In this document: positions 15,401 to 27,400 of the stretch, piece after piece
Position numbering within the stretch: the stretch's first letter is position 1
Layout of the letters: each line of letters opens with the position of its first letter
Assembly (NCBI RefSeq): GCF_037042905.1
Contig: NC_087251.1
Span: 15,192,001-15,256,000 of the forward strand
Direction of reading: 5' to 3'
Origin: Lytechinus pictus
Lineage: Eukaryota
DNA length: 64,000 nucleotides
The notes under the pieces: generated by a model
What the model saw: only the letters and a program-made list of their open reading frames with translations
Told to the model about the DNA's origin: nothing
The model's database searches: none
Program-made: the position numbers and the translations under genes

Positions 15401-18400
15401 TTGGATAGCCTACATGTACAATGTGCTATTTTAATATTTGAAATTAAAAATAATCATAAAATTACTCCTGAGCCCCTTATGGAATGCTGATGAATTGCAG
15501 CTCATCCTCCCACATAAGGTTATAACATAATGCTGTTTTTTTTTTTCATTCCTACCTGTATCCCATACCCCCAAAATCTATTCTATCTTTAAATAACAAT
15601 AATAAAACAGAATCATGAACAAACTGTCACTTTTCCATTCATCATGTTACCCTTTAAGTGCTGTCTGCGATAGAGGTGACATCCATGCTTTTGCATTCAG
15701 ATATATCTGTAGTTATGCGTCCTTGATGATCTGATTCCAAGGTGTTAGGCGTAAGAGACAAACAAGGGAAACTTACTTAGCTGATTGCAACATTAGATGA
15801 CATTCTCCAGAATCAGAGAGGAAATTCTCCCATGAGTTTAGAGAATGTTTTCCAAAATGTCTAAAAGAAGCATACAGCCCTCAGACAATGAGCCGAGAGT
15901 CAGTTATCACTAAACCACAACTCTTCCGCTTCTCCGTTTATTGTTATCCTGCTCAGTATCCTTTCCCTTCCAATACCTTCATAGACAAAAATCCCAAAAC
16001 AACATGTGATTAGGTAAACCATTTTGGAATCTAGTACATGAAGTAGCGGAGAAAGCTATGTATATTAATCCATTGTCAACTGGAACTGGATGGTTCCCTT
16101 ACAAATTTTAAGGGAATTACAGAATTTAGTATTCAATGTGTTAATGTGCCTTATTTATAAGTCAAACATTTCACATGTAAATTGAAACATTGTACATGTA
16201 TATATCCTGATGTTTGATTGGATAAGTCTTTTACAAGGTGAAGGACGTTTCTCTGCATCATCTATCTGGTATGTGTGCAGTGATATAACCTTGGTGGTCT
16301 AATTCCAAGGGATTAGTATATGAGATAGATGATGGAATCAGAGTTAGCAGATAACACTGTTAGAAGCCCTTTCCAGAATGTTCTAAGCCATTTACCAGGT
16401 ACGTCTCGGCTCTGCTCACACAATGTATTGGTGGGTTCACACCTTCCCAATCTTAAAAATAAAAATAAAAACATGTCAGTAGAACTGATGTCATCGCACC
16501 GCCATCTTAGAGGCTAAAGCCATTGTCATGCATGCATTGGTGATATGCAGCTGGTGCATCTCTGACAGTTCTGTTCATGTGTTTTTATATATCCTCTGAG
16601 GGAGGGCGCTATGAGATTATAAAATCATATGCATAAGGTATATTATGTGTACTGATTCCAGTCTTTAAATACTTGATCATTCACACCCTCCTGGATTGAA
16701 AGAATGCATATATGTACTTCTTTCCTCACTTCTCTGTTTGGGTTGGTAGGAAGTGGGAATGGTGGGAGGCAGAGAGAGAGAAGGGGGAGAAGGGGATGGA
16801 GAAGCGATCAAATCTTGTGTGATGTCATATGTGATGAAATGCCATATTGAATTCCAAAAGCACATTACATAGCATCAGGGATGGATAGGATCAAATATCA
16901 GCATTGATCGAGGAATATGAATGTAATATATCTTAAAGCAACTCTAAATTGAACAGAACATCTTTGATGTTGATGCACCCAGATTTTTAGAGAATCTATC
17001 AAAGATGGTGAGCATAAGATACAGGGTTAAGAAGGACTGAAAGATTTACAGTGAAAAAAAAGATCACTCTGAATAAAACATCTTATTCATGCAATGAGTC
17101 TCTGGATAGGTTGAGATTATAGAAAGGATGTTGTATCATATATGAAGAAAAAGCTTATCTACTATTGAAGGTAGTATTAATAAATCATAAATAATCCTTT
17201 GTAATATGAATTGAATTTAGATTTTGTTAAACTACAACATTAATTTAAATATCACATCACAAAGATGCTGATACGTAAGAATGTTCAAGGATATGTAATT
17301 AGCATATGAACTTGTAATTGACATATAATTGATAAGTAATTGCATTATGTAAAAGCTTGTATAGAATAGCATGACTAAAATTCACATTAAAATTATATGT
17401 CTTACACATACGTTTTCCTTAAATACAATGATTTGTGTGAAGAATGGCAGTATTTCAATAGTAAAAGTTATAATAATGATATTGTGCTATATATCTACAA
17501 TTAATCAAACGTGAGGAAATGTAGCATTATTATCCTTCCAACATGATATCTGTAATGAAAAAAATAGTAAGAAAACTTGCACAATAATGTATTCTAAATA
17601 TAGTTGCGAATGTTAATTGCCACATGCATAACTTTATAGATGTGTGAATAATCTGAAACTACTCATTATTCACATGGAGAAGTATTCTTGTTTGACTGCT
17701 TACCTTTTGTCATACTTCTCTGACACATCTTTGCATGTCTATAAAGAAAGATAGGATTTAAAGTTGTATTCGCATTTATCTACTTATTCTGTGTTACTCA
17801 TTCTGTTTGTATTGTCTTTTATGACTCTGAAACGTATCGTTATCTCCTATTCATCCAACCCATATCATTTTAGCAACCCGCCCTATCAAAATGATGTGTG
17901 TGACATACGACTTACAAGAAGCAAACCAAAGCAGCTCCAAGCGATAAAATCTTGTCCAAATTATGACCCTGCTGAGCGGCACTGCTGGGAAGTGTAATGG
18001 AACAGAAATTTTGTTCTATTTTTAAAAAGTGCAGTAAGCTGGGCTTTAGGGCAAGAGGTTCTGATAGCAATGATGTGTAACAGATTTACACCGAAGTAAA
18101 AATTTAGAATCGGAAGGGGTGAGGGGGGGGGGGTCATGTAGCATGGGTTAAAAAGGGCAATAGTTTATTTCACATACCTTTTTTTCATGAATTCATGAAT
18201 TAGAAATCTATATTTTCAAGTTTGTTTAATGTGAAATATGGGCAATATTGCATACCTGTGTAAATTCCTTCCTTGCATAAATGAATGTGTATCCACTGAC
18301 AATTTTACACAGGTACTTCATTTTCTGTTTTGACACTCCTTCCAAATCATAAATGATTTTTTTGTCTCACCTGCATAGCAGAGTGAGACTATAGGCGCCG

Positions 18401-21400
18401 CTTTTCCGACGGCGGCGACGGCGGCGGCGGCGTCAACACCAAATCTTAACCTGAGGTTAAGTTTTTGAAATGTCATCATAACTTAGAAAATATATGGACC
18501 TAGTTCATGAAACTTATACATAAGATTAATCAAGTATCACTGAACATCCTGCATGAGTTTCACGTCACATGACCAAGGTCAAAGGTCATTTAGGGTCAAT
18601 GAACTTTGGCCGAATTGGGGGTATCTGTTGAATTACCATCATAACTTTGAAAGTTTATGGATCTGATTCATGAAACTTGGACATAATAGTAATCAAGTAT
18701 TACTGAACATCCTGTGCAAGTTTCAGGTCACATGATCAAGGTCAAAGGTCATGTAAGGTCAAAGAACTTTGGCCACGTCGGGGGTATTTGTTGAATTGCA
18801 ATCATATCTCTATAAGTGTATTGGTCTAGTTCATAAAACGTGGAAATACGAGTAACCAAGTATCACTGAACATCTTGTGCGAGTTATAGTAGTTTTCAAA
18901 ATCAGCACTGCTGCTATATTGAATCGCGTGATGCAGGTGAGACGGCCAGAGGCATTCCACTTGTTTTAAATCCATATCTGTTTTGTACAATTAATGAACT
19001 TGACATGTTTGTGTGTATGTTTTGTGTATCACGTACTGGAAAGGAGGAGAAGGGAAACAGTTTGATATTTCAGGGCTCAAATTAAGAATTCAAAGGGTAA
19101 GGGCACTTTCAGCTTGGGGCAAAGTGGCCTTGGATACCCCAAAATTTGAAGGGGCATCAAGCCATTCTTAAAGGCATGAAGGCTACTTTTAAAGGGCAGC
19201 TTATTCCAGTCTAAAGGGCACCAAGGCAAGTTTTTCTAAAAATGACAAATATATAGTGCAACCTATGGAAATGCTTTATCAGAATGTAGATCTAGATCTA
19301 TTTTCGGGAAGAAATTCTTTCAGGGGCACCAAAATCAATTCTGGTGAAAATTTTTGGGGCTCCAGTTTTCTGTGGCTGCCTTTCCATTTCCAATCCAATC
19401 CAATCCAAAGGTCATTTGATATAGCACCTTTTGGTTACAAAGTGTTGCGCACACACTACTCCATGTTTGGGCCAATAAGACAATAATTGAACACCTCAGA
19501 ATGGTTAGCTTGAAATAATTAATTGTTTAATATTATTGTTGAGTTTCCTGCCAAAACTCCCAAATTCTAGACTAAGAGAAATAAAAAGAAGTTCACATCA
19601 GTTCAGACTTCTCAGCCAGGTAACATCACTATTGCCAAACAATAACCTTTAAGTCTCATTTAAAAGGGAAGTAACATTCCACAAATATCCAAAATTGCTT
19701 TAAATCAACGTAATCTGAAATTCAGTGTAGATAAGGAGTAGAAATCATTTCACAAAAGTCCCATCGTAAATCACCTCACGATGTACATACTGGCTGAGCT
19801 TGAGCTCAGCCTCAATCACACTGCACACACACTCATGCACAGGCTGTGACAGCAGTATAGGGCAGTTATCTAGGCCAACAGAACCTGGGAAGAAATCTTC
19901 CCGTCTCTGCTGAACTGAATGCTAAAGTGCCTAGTTTTTCAAGAATTCCGAGAATTCCAAAAGCAATAGGACATCTCTTTAGTATAAATCAAGTGAAAAT
20001 ATAAATATATGTTGAATATCACCCATAATTATTACTTCAATGACAATTAAGAGCTTTCCTGTTCTTTTCAAAGCCGAATTCATTGAATTTGTTTGGTACA
20101 TGTTGATGAAGAACAGCCAGACAGTACCGTTATCCAGAGGGAATTTGTAATAATCAATTCAAGAAGATAGCTTAAAAATTTGACTTTTTATTGCCATGAT
20201 TAATTTCAAAGGATATAAAAAATATCTCTAGATGATTCAATCTGTAAAACATACGATGAGTATTTTTGTAAAATTTTGCAAATGGACTATTAATCTCCCT
20301 CACACCTCCAAATCCCCCACTTATAAATGGACTCGTCTGAGTCGTCTCTATCTATATTTGGGGAATTACCCTACCCAATTCATATACTTGCTCTGCAGAA
20401 CACAGTGGCATAATACTGTTTCACTCATCACTGAGGTATTGGTGAAATGACATTTTGTCATTATTTCACATCATGAAATGAAAATGTCATCATATATATC
20501 AAATTATTGAGAGAAAAAGGGCATGACAGCCAAAAGAAAAAAGGCATTTCTCTGACCAAAGGGGCACGGCGGCCAAAAGGAAAAGGGCAGATAACTTTAT
20601 GGCCATGACAGTATAAAGTTTCTGGAGGGCATGATGGCCAAGCAAAGAGGCATCCACGCCCATGGCCATCGATTAATTTTAAGCCTGATATTGTATATAG
20701 GAATGTTTTATTTTAGCAGACGATTTTTGTTGGCAATCATTTCTCCATTATGCAAAAAGTCCCTAGATAAAGCAGTTTAGTATGAATATGATGTAAAAAA
20801 AGGGTGCAGGATCGGCAGCTATACTGGCACACCCCTTCACTCAGGGGATCATGTATTACTCTTCTCATTTTCTTTACAGTAGTTACATTATCTTTTTAGT
20901 TCTTTAACTCATTACTCTATATATAAAATTGAAGAACAATACATTCAATGAACCAAATCTATTGTTCTTTATGTAGTTGAACAGCGAGTGAAAGAATTGT
21001 GGAGGGTATCGTGATAATGTGTTCATATCTAATGTAGAAGTGAGTAAAGCTCTATATGTCTTCATATGTGATTCCCTAGAAATATGGGTCTGAATATTTG
21101 TCTAAGTGGTTCAAAGGTTATCCGACTGCCTGAATGATGTGAATTTGTATATATATATATATATATATATATGTGTGAAGTTATACATGTACAACAGCTT
21201 ATATATATATATATTAAGTAAACAACAAAACACATTTTGGTAAAGTATATTTTTAAGTAATTGATAAGGAGCAATACAAACAAAACAAGTTGGGTATTAA
21301 TATCAACTTTTTTATTTAAATAGGAAATTTTATATGCGTGGTGATATTTACATCCAAATAAAGCCATTTTTTCTCAAGTTTTAATGCTGTTCAAATTGGT

Positions 21401-24400
21401 TTTTCTACTATGATTGCATAAATTTCTTTGTTTTGATTTTCCATTTTGTAGGATATACATGTATGTACTGCATATTCATAAGCATATTGAGTCCCCTTAT
21501 TAAACATAAATAATTACCATGTCCCTAGGTGAGGATGTTAAATCTTCAGTCCTTTTTTTGTTACTAAGCAGTCACTCAACCATTCAGTTTTTTAAACCAC
21601 TAACAATCAGTTAAATCTTGGGAGGATGTATTCCAGTATATACTTGAATATCGTGTCTTTAAATTTGTGGTTATTCTACTAAGTTAGAGAGCAAGTGCGG
21701 AAATACTCGCCTCTTCAGAAAAACTTGCCTATCATATTACCATGCAATTTATCAGACCCATGGGCTATTAACAACAAGAGAGAAGAAAGAAAATTGACGA
21801 AACCATAAAAAGTGTCCTTCGGTTCCATCATCCAATGTTTATTTGTTGAGCGGCCTGGGCTCCGCTTTTCAATGTATTTCTAATACCACTTTCTACTGTG
21901 AAAGACATCTCAAGGGGGGTGAGAAAGGGTCAGCTACCAATCTTCCAATGTTTAATGTGTAACACGATCATAAAGGGGTCTGGTAAGTGCCTCGTAGGTG
22001 CACATTAGCGACGTATTGATTGACAAGGTGTCAAACGCAGTAGTACAGCTATGGCCAATCTGGCGATAGCCGATGGGGGTGGTCATGTGATATGGGACTG
22101 GCGAGTGCGCTAACTGTAATTGATTGTAAGGCAATCTAAGAGAAATTGGCAAACAGGAGCAAAATAGAGAAAGATAAGGCACAGACTATAGATTCTAGGC
22201 TAATGATGAAGAATGCAATGTTGTTGATGAAGGATGTGAAGGGAAGAAGCACTGAATGGTATGCATATTCTGTTTCAATGCAAACTAACAATATCACTGT
22301 CCTGTTTCCCTAGTTGAGGGTCTAGTCTTATCATTCTTGGAAGAACCCTTCAGCCTCATATTTCCTGCCCCAATCAATGCCCATGTATCTAATGGGAAAA
22401 TGATGCTTGCCCATCCCTGTAAATGTCTACAAAATAAAGTAACAGTTTAATTGATTAAAAAAACAGTTTTTGTCTCACCTGCATAGCAGAGTGAGACTAC
22501 AGTGCGTATAAAAAAAACGGGACAGATTTGAAAAGTCTATAAAATTTGTGTTTCAAATTATGATCTCTATATTTTGGTGTCAATAGATGCACCGAAGTCT
22601 TATCCTTCAAATGCCATTAAAATAATAGAGTTTCGTTCACGCTTGAGCGAACACAAAATGTTTTTGTCTTGGGTTTAAAAAGAGACTTGCGCCAAAATGA
22701 CATAAAATGATAAATATGATGGTCAGACTTCTTGCTAACCAGCAGACTTCTTCTTAACCTTTTCATTATCTGTGCCATAATTTTGGAATTATGCGGTCAA
22801 AATTCATTACCGAATCTTCTTATTTACTTGAAAAGATCTGTTGTTCCTTTTTAATATGTTTTCTTTTAGCTTTGAATATTCCTTCTTTAGGCAAGAACAA
22901 TGTTTTTTTAAACCGAAGTATGGGAGAGCATGTCTTTTTTTAAATTCCTTTCATTGTGTGCTACAAAGGTTATGGTGCCTTTGTACAGTGGCATATGATG
23001 GGTGGGGGCTTGGGGAGCTCCCCCCCCCCCAAAAAAAAAAAAAATCATGATCAAGAAGAAAAAAGTGGAAAGGAAAATAACAGAAAACATAGAAATTAAA
23101 ATTTGATATCATTTACTAAATATTATGTCAAAATCACAAAATTTGATATTTTAATAAAAAAGTGGAAATTTTTGCTTGCTTGCTTCACAGTTTTTTAATA
23201 CATTTTACCCGATCTGCCATATTTTGCTTCTTCAAAATTGACTTAATACACCATTGCCATTGAAAGACATGAATCCTTTCCTGTTTGTCCTGTCAAGCAC
23301 ATAATTAAACTTGGTGAAGGATTCAATAAACCCCTTGAAAATATGATTCATGTCTTTTATAGGTATCATAACATAATTTTGTTTCACATACCAGTAATAA
23401 AAGGATTTGAATAATTACAAATTCTCCCAATTAATAATGCAAATCTACTTACTTGGGTTGACAAAAAGTCTTCTTTTCTTACTTATGAAGGCAAATTCAA
23501 ATGTAAAAGATGTTTAAATGAAAAACAAAATAATTAAGGTAAATGAATAAATTTTAAATTAAATTTGACAGCATAATTTGAAAAGTAGGCCCCTATGGCA
23601 AAGATAATGAAAAGATTAAGAGGAAGTCTGCTGATTTGCCAAAAGTCTAATCATCAAATTTCTAATTTCTGCCATCTTGGCGCAAGCCTCTTCTTGAACC
23701 CCCGACAAAATCGTCCCGTGTTAGCTCAAGCATGAACAAAATTTATTTTTAAAATGGCATTTCAAAGATAAGATCACAGAGCATCTATTAACACAAAAAT
23801 ATAGATATAATAATTTGAAACAAATTTGTTATAGACTTTTCAAAACTGTCCCGTTTTTTTAAACGCACTGTATAGGCGCCGCTTTTCCGACGGCGGCGGC
23901 GGCGTCAACACCAAATCTTAACCTAAGGTTAAGTTTTTGAAATGACAGCATAACTTAGAAAGTATATGGACCTAGTTCATGAATCTTGGCCATAAGGTTA
24001 ATCAAGTATTACTGAACATTCTGCCTGAGTTTCAGGTCACACGACCAAGGTCAAAGGTCATTTAGCGTCAATGAACTTAGACCATGTTGGGGGAATCAAT
24101 ATCAAAATCTTAACCTAAGGTTAAGTTTTTGAAATGTCATCATAACTTAGAAAATATATGGACCTAGTTCATGAATCTTGGCCATAAGGTTAATCAAGTA
24201 TTACTGAACATTCTGCCTGAGTTTCAGGTCACACGACCAAGGTCAAAGGTCATTTAGCGTCAATGAACTTAGACCATGTTGGGGGAATCAATATCAAAAT
24301 CTTAACCTAAGGTTAAGTTTTTGAAATGTCATCATAACTTAGAAAATATATGGACCTAGTTCATAAAACTTGGACATAAGGTTAATCAAGTATTACTGAA

Positions 24401-27400
24401 CATCCTGCTTGCGTTTCACGTCACAGGACCAAGGTCAAAGGTCATTTAGAGTCAATGAACTTTGGCCAAATTGGGGGTATCTGTTGAATTACCATCATAA
24501 CTTTAAAAGTTTATGGATCTGATTCATGAAACTTGGACATAATAGTAATCAAGTATCACTGAACATCCTGTGCAAGTTTCAGGTCACATGATTAAGGTCA
24601 AAGGTCATTTAGGTTCAATGAACTTTGGCCAAATTGGGGGTATTTGTTGAATTACCATCATAACTTTGAAAGTTTATTGGTCTAGTTCATAAAACTTGGA
24701 CATAAGAGTAATCAAGTATTACTGAACATTCTGCCTGAGTTTCAGGTCACACGACCAAGGTCAAAGGTCATTTAGCGTCAATGAACTTAGACCATGTTGG
24801 GGGAATCAATATCAAAATCTTAACCTAAGGTTAAGTTTTTGAAATGTCATCATAACTTAGAAAATATATGGACCTAGTTCATAAAACTTGGACATAAGGT
24901 TAATCAAGTATTACTGAACATCCTGCTTGCGTTTCACGTCACATGACCAAGGTCAAAGGTCATTTAGAGTCAATGAACTTTGGCCAAATTGGGGGTATCT
25001 GTTGAATTACCATCATAACTTTAAAAAGTTTATGGATCTGATTCATGAAACTTGGACATAATAGTAATCAAGTATCACTGAACATCCTGTGCAAGTTTCA
25101 GGTCACATGATTAAGGTCAAAGGTCATTTAGGGTCAATGAACTTTGGCCAAATTGGGGGTATTTGTTGAATTACCATCATAACTTTAAAAGTTTATGGAT
25201 CTGATTCATGAAACTTGGACATAATAGTAATCAAGTATCACTGAACATCCTGTGCAAATTTCAGGTCACATGACCAGCGTCAAAGGTCAATGAACTTTGG
25301 CCATAATGGGGTATTTGTTGAATTACCATCATAACTCTGTAAGTATATTGGTCTAGTTCATAAAAATTGGACATAAGAGTCATCAAGTATCACTGAACAT
25401 CTCATGCGAGTTTCAGGTCACATGACCAATGTCAAAGGTCATTTAAGGTCATTGAACTTTGGCCATTTTAGAGGTAATTATTAGATTGCTGTCATAACTT
25501 TCAAAGTTTATAGATATAGTGTATAAAATGTGGATATAGGGGTAATCAAGTATCACTGACAAGTTTTAGGTCACATGATCAAGGTCAAATGTCAATGAAT
25601 GTAGTATTGTATCATTATATGAATGGTGTTTTTTGTGAATAATTATTTTATAGTAGTTTTCAAAGTCAGCTCTGCTGCTATATGTGTATATTGAATCTCG
25701 TGATGCAGGTGAGACAGCCAGAGGCATTCCACTTGTTTGATAAAACGATTTGATAGTGATTAAATCTTTGTGTAAATGAATTTACAGAATTAAATAGATT
25801 GATAACTGAATGAATATATCTATAGCTATAGAAATTGAAATATTGAATAGATAATTGGTAATCTTAATTAAGATAAGTTATTTATATAAATACAGTGAAT
25901 GAATGATGAAGTGAATAATAAAAAATAGATATTTCAAGTTTTCAAATAAGACAGCCTATAATCATACATTATCATATTTTCCTTTCTTTTGTCTTTAGGC
26001 AAATATCTAGCTGTCCTTGATAATGGTAATGTTTGTATTGTACCAAGGAAAAATTGCAACTTAGATGACACAATCTTCTGTTTCCAACAATCACGGGTCA
26101 GTATGTTGATATGATGTGGTTGATTTTTTTTTTTTAATCTCCTCCCTCCAAGTATTTATCATACATGTACATGATTGTATTTGAATGTCAATGCAGATAT
26201 TCTTACATTCTGCTATCCTTTGACTATTTTCTTTGCCAAATTACAACAAATTACCGAACAGGAAACTGTATTATAGGCACACTTTTATGCCCCGGTCTGG
26301 CCAAAAACAGAGCATACTTGATTTAGAATTTTGAGACAGAGTAACATGTACTCTTCTGTTTGTGAGCATGTTGTTAGCTGTCTTTTGATTTTTTCCTCTG
26401 GATTCTATTGTATTAAATATAATCTGTTCATACTGTGACATGAATACTTGATGTTAGACTTGATTGCTTGTTTTCCATGTATATTATGAAAAAATTGTTA
26501 CTTTGTTTATATATTGTATGATTATGAAAACAAATTTAACAAAATAAGATATTTGAATACCATATCTTATCAGGTGTTTATTGCTGATGTGTATTTCATT
26601 GTCGCTGCTACTACTCAAGCCATATTCAGCTCATCTCATCTGGTTTTTTCTGCCTGTATTTCCTTTCGTTTTTCATATTACACATGGTGAACTGTTAACC
26701 TGCTCCATGTTATAAACTCCACCATGCAAACCTACAAAGATCATCTGATTGTCGCTTTTGGTCTTTTTTATAGAAAAAATAAGAAGAATGATGTGACATT
26801 TTTGTTTTCCTTGACAGGAGGATCTTACTAACTATGATAGCAAACAGGATCATGGTATGGGCAATGCAGACATCAAGTATGGAGATTCAACAGTACTTAT
26901 TCAACACATGAAGACAGGCCATTGGCTCTCTTATATGGTATGCCGTATCTATATTTTCACTCCCATTTTTATGCCGGTGTACCTTTTAAAGAATTTTTAT
27001 TGTCATTTTGTTATATAGTGAAGTCATTATTTAAATATTGTTCATGATAATTAATATTTTGTTTGAATTGATCTGCTGTTTTAAAAGTTTATAACTGATT
27101 CATGATGAATTTGTGATATTTCCATTTCAGTGTCTCTATCTGATTTTCAATAAAGTGGTTACGTTCATCTTGACTTTGATAGCTTTTGCAATATTTTGCA
27201 ATTCTTGCAATGCTGATAGTAATTATATATGCTTATTACATGTTCAACATTTACTGAAATTTCGTGCTGATGAATATGATATGATTGATTTATATTTCTT
27301 AACAGGTTTTTTTTACATAATTTGTAATCTCTTTCACAGCAAAGGAACTTAACGCAAAAAAGTTGCCTCCATGGCCTTGTTTCATGTAGGATTTCAAAGC

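Noticed and set aside
23990..25610. Tandem array as a CRISPR-like locus
   Set aside because: Whole units repeat with no unique spacers; eukaryotic intron; bounded by Helentron-type termini.
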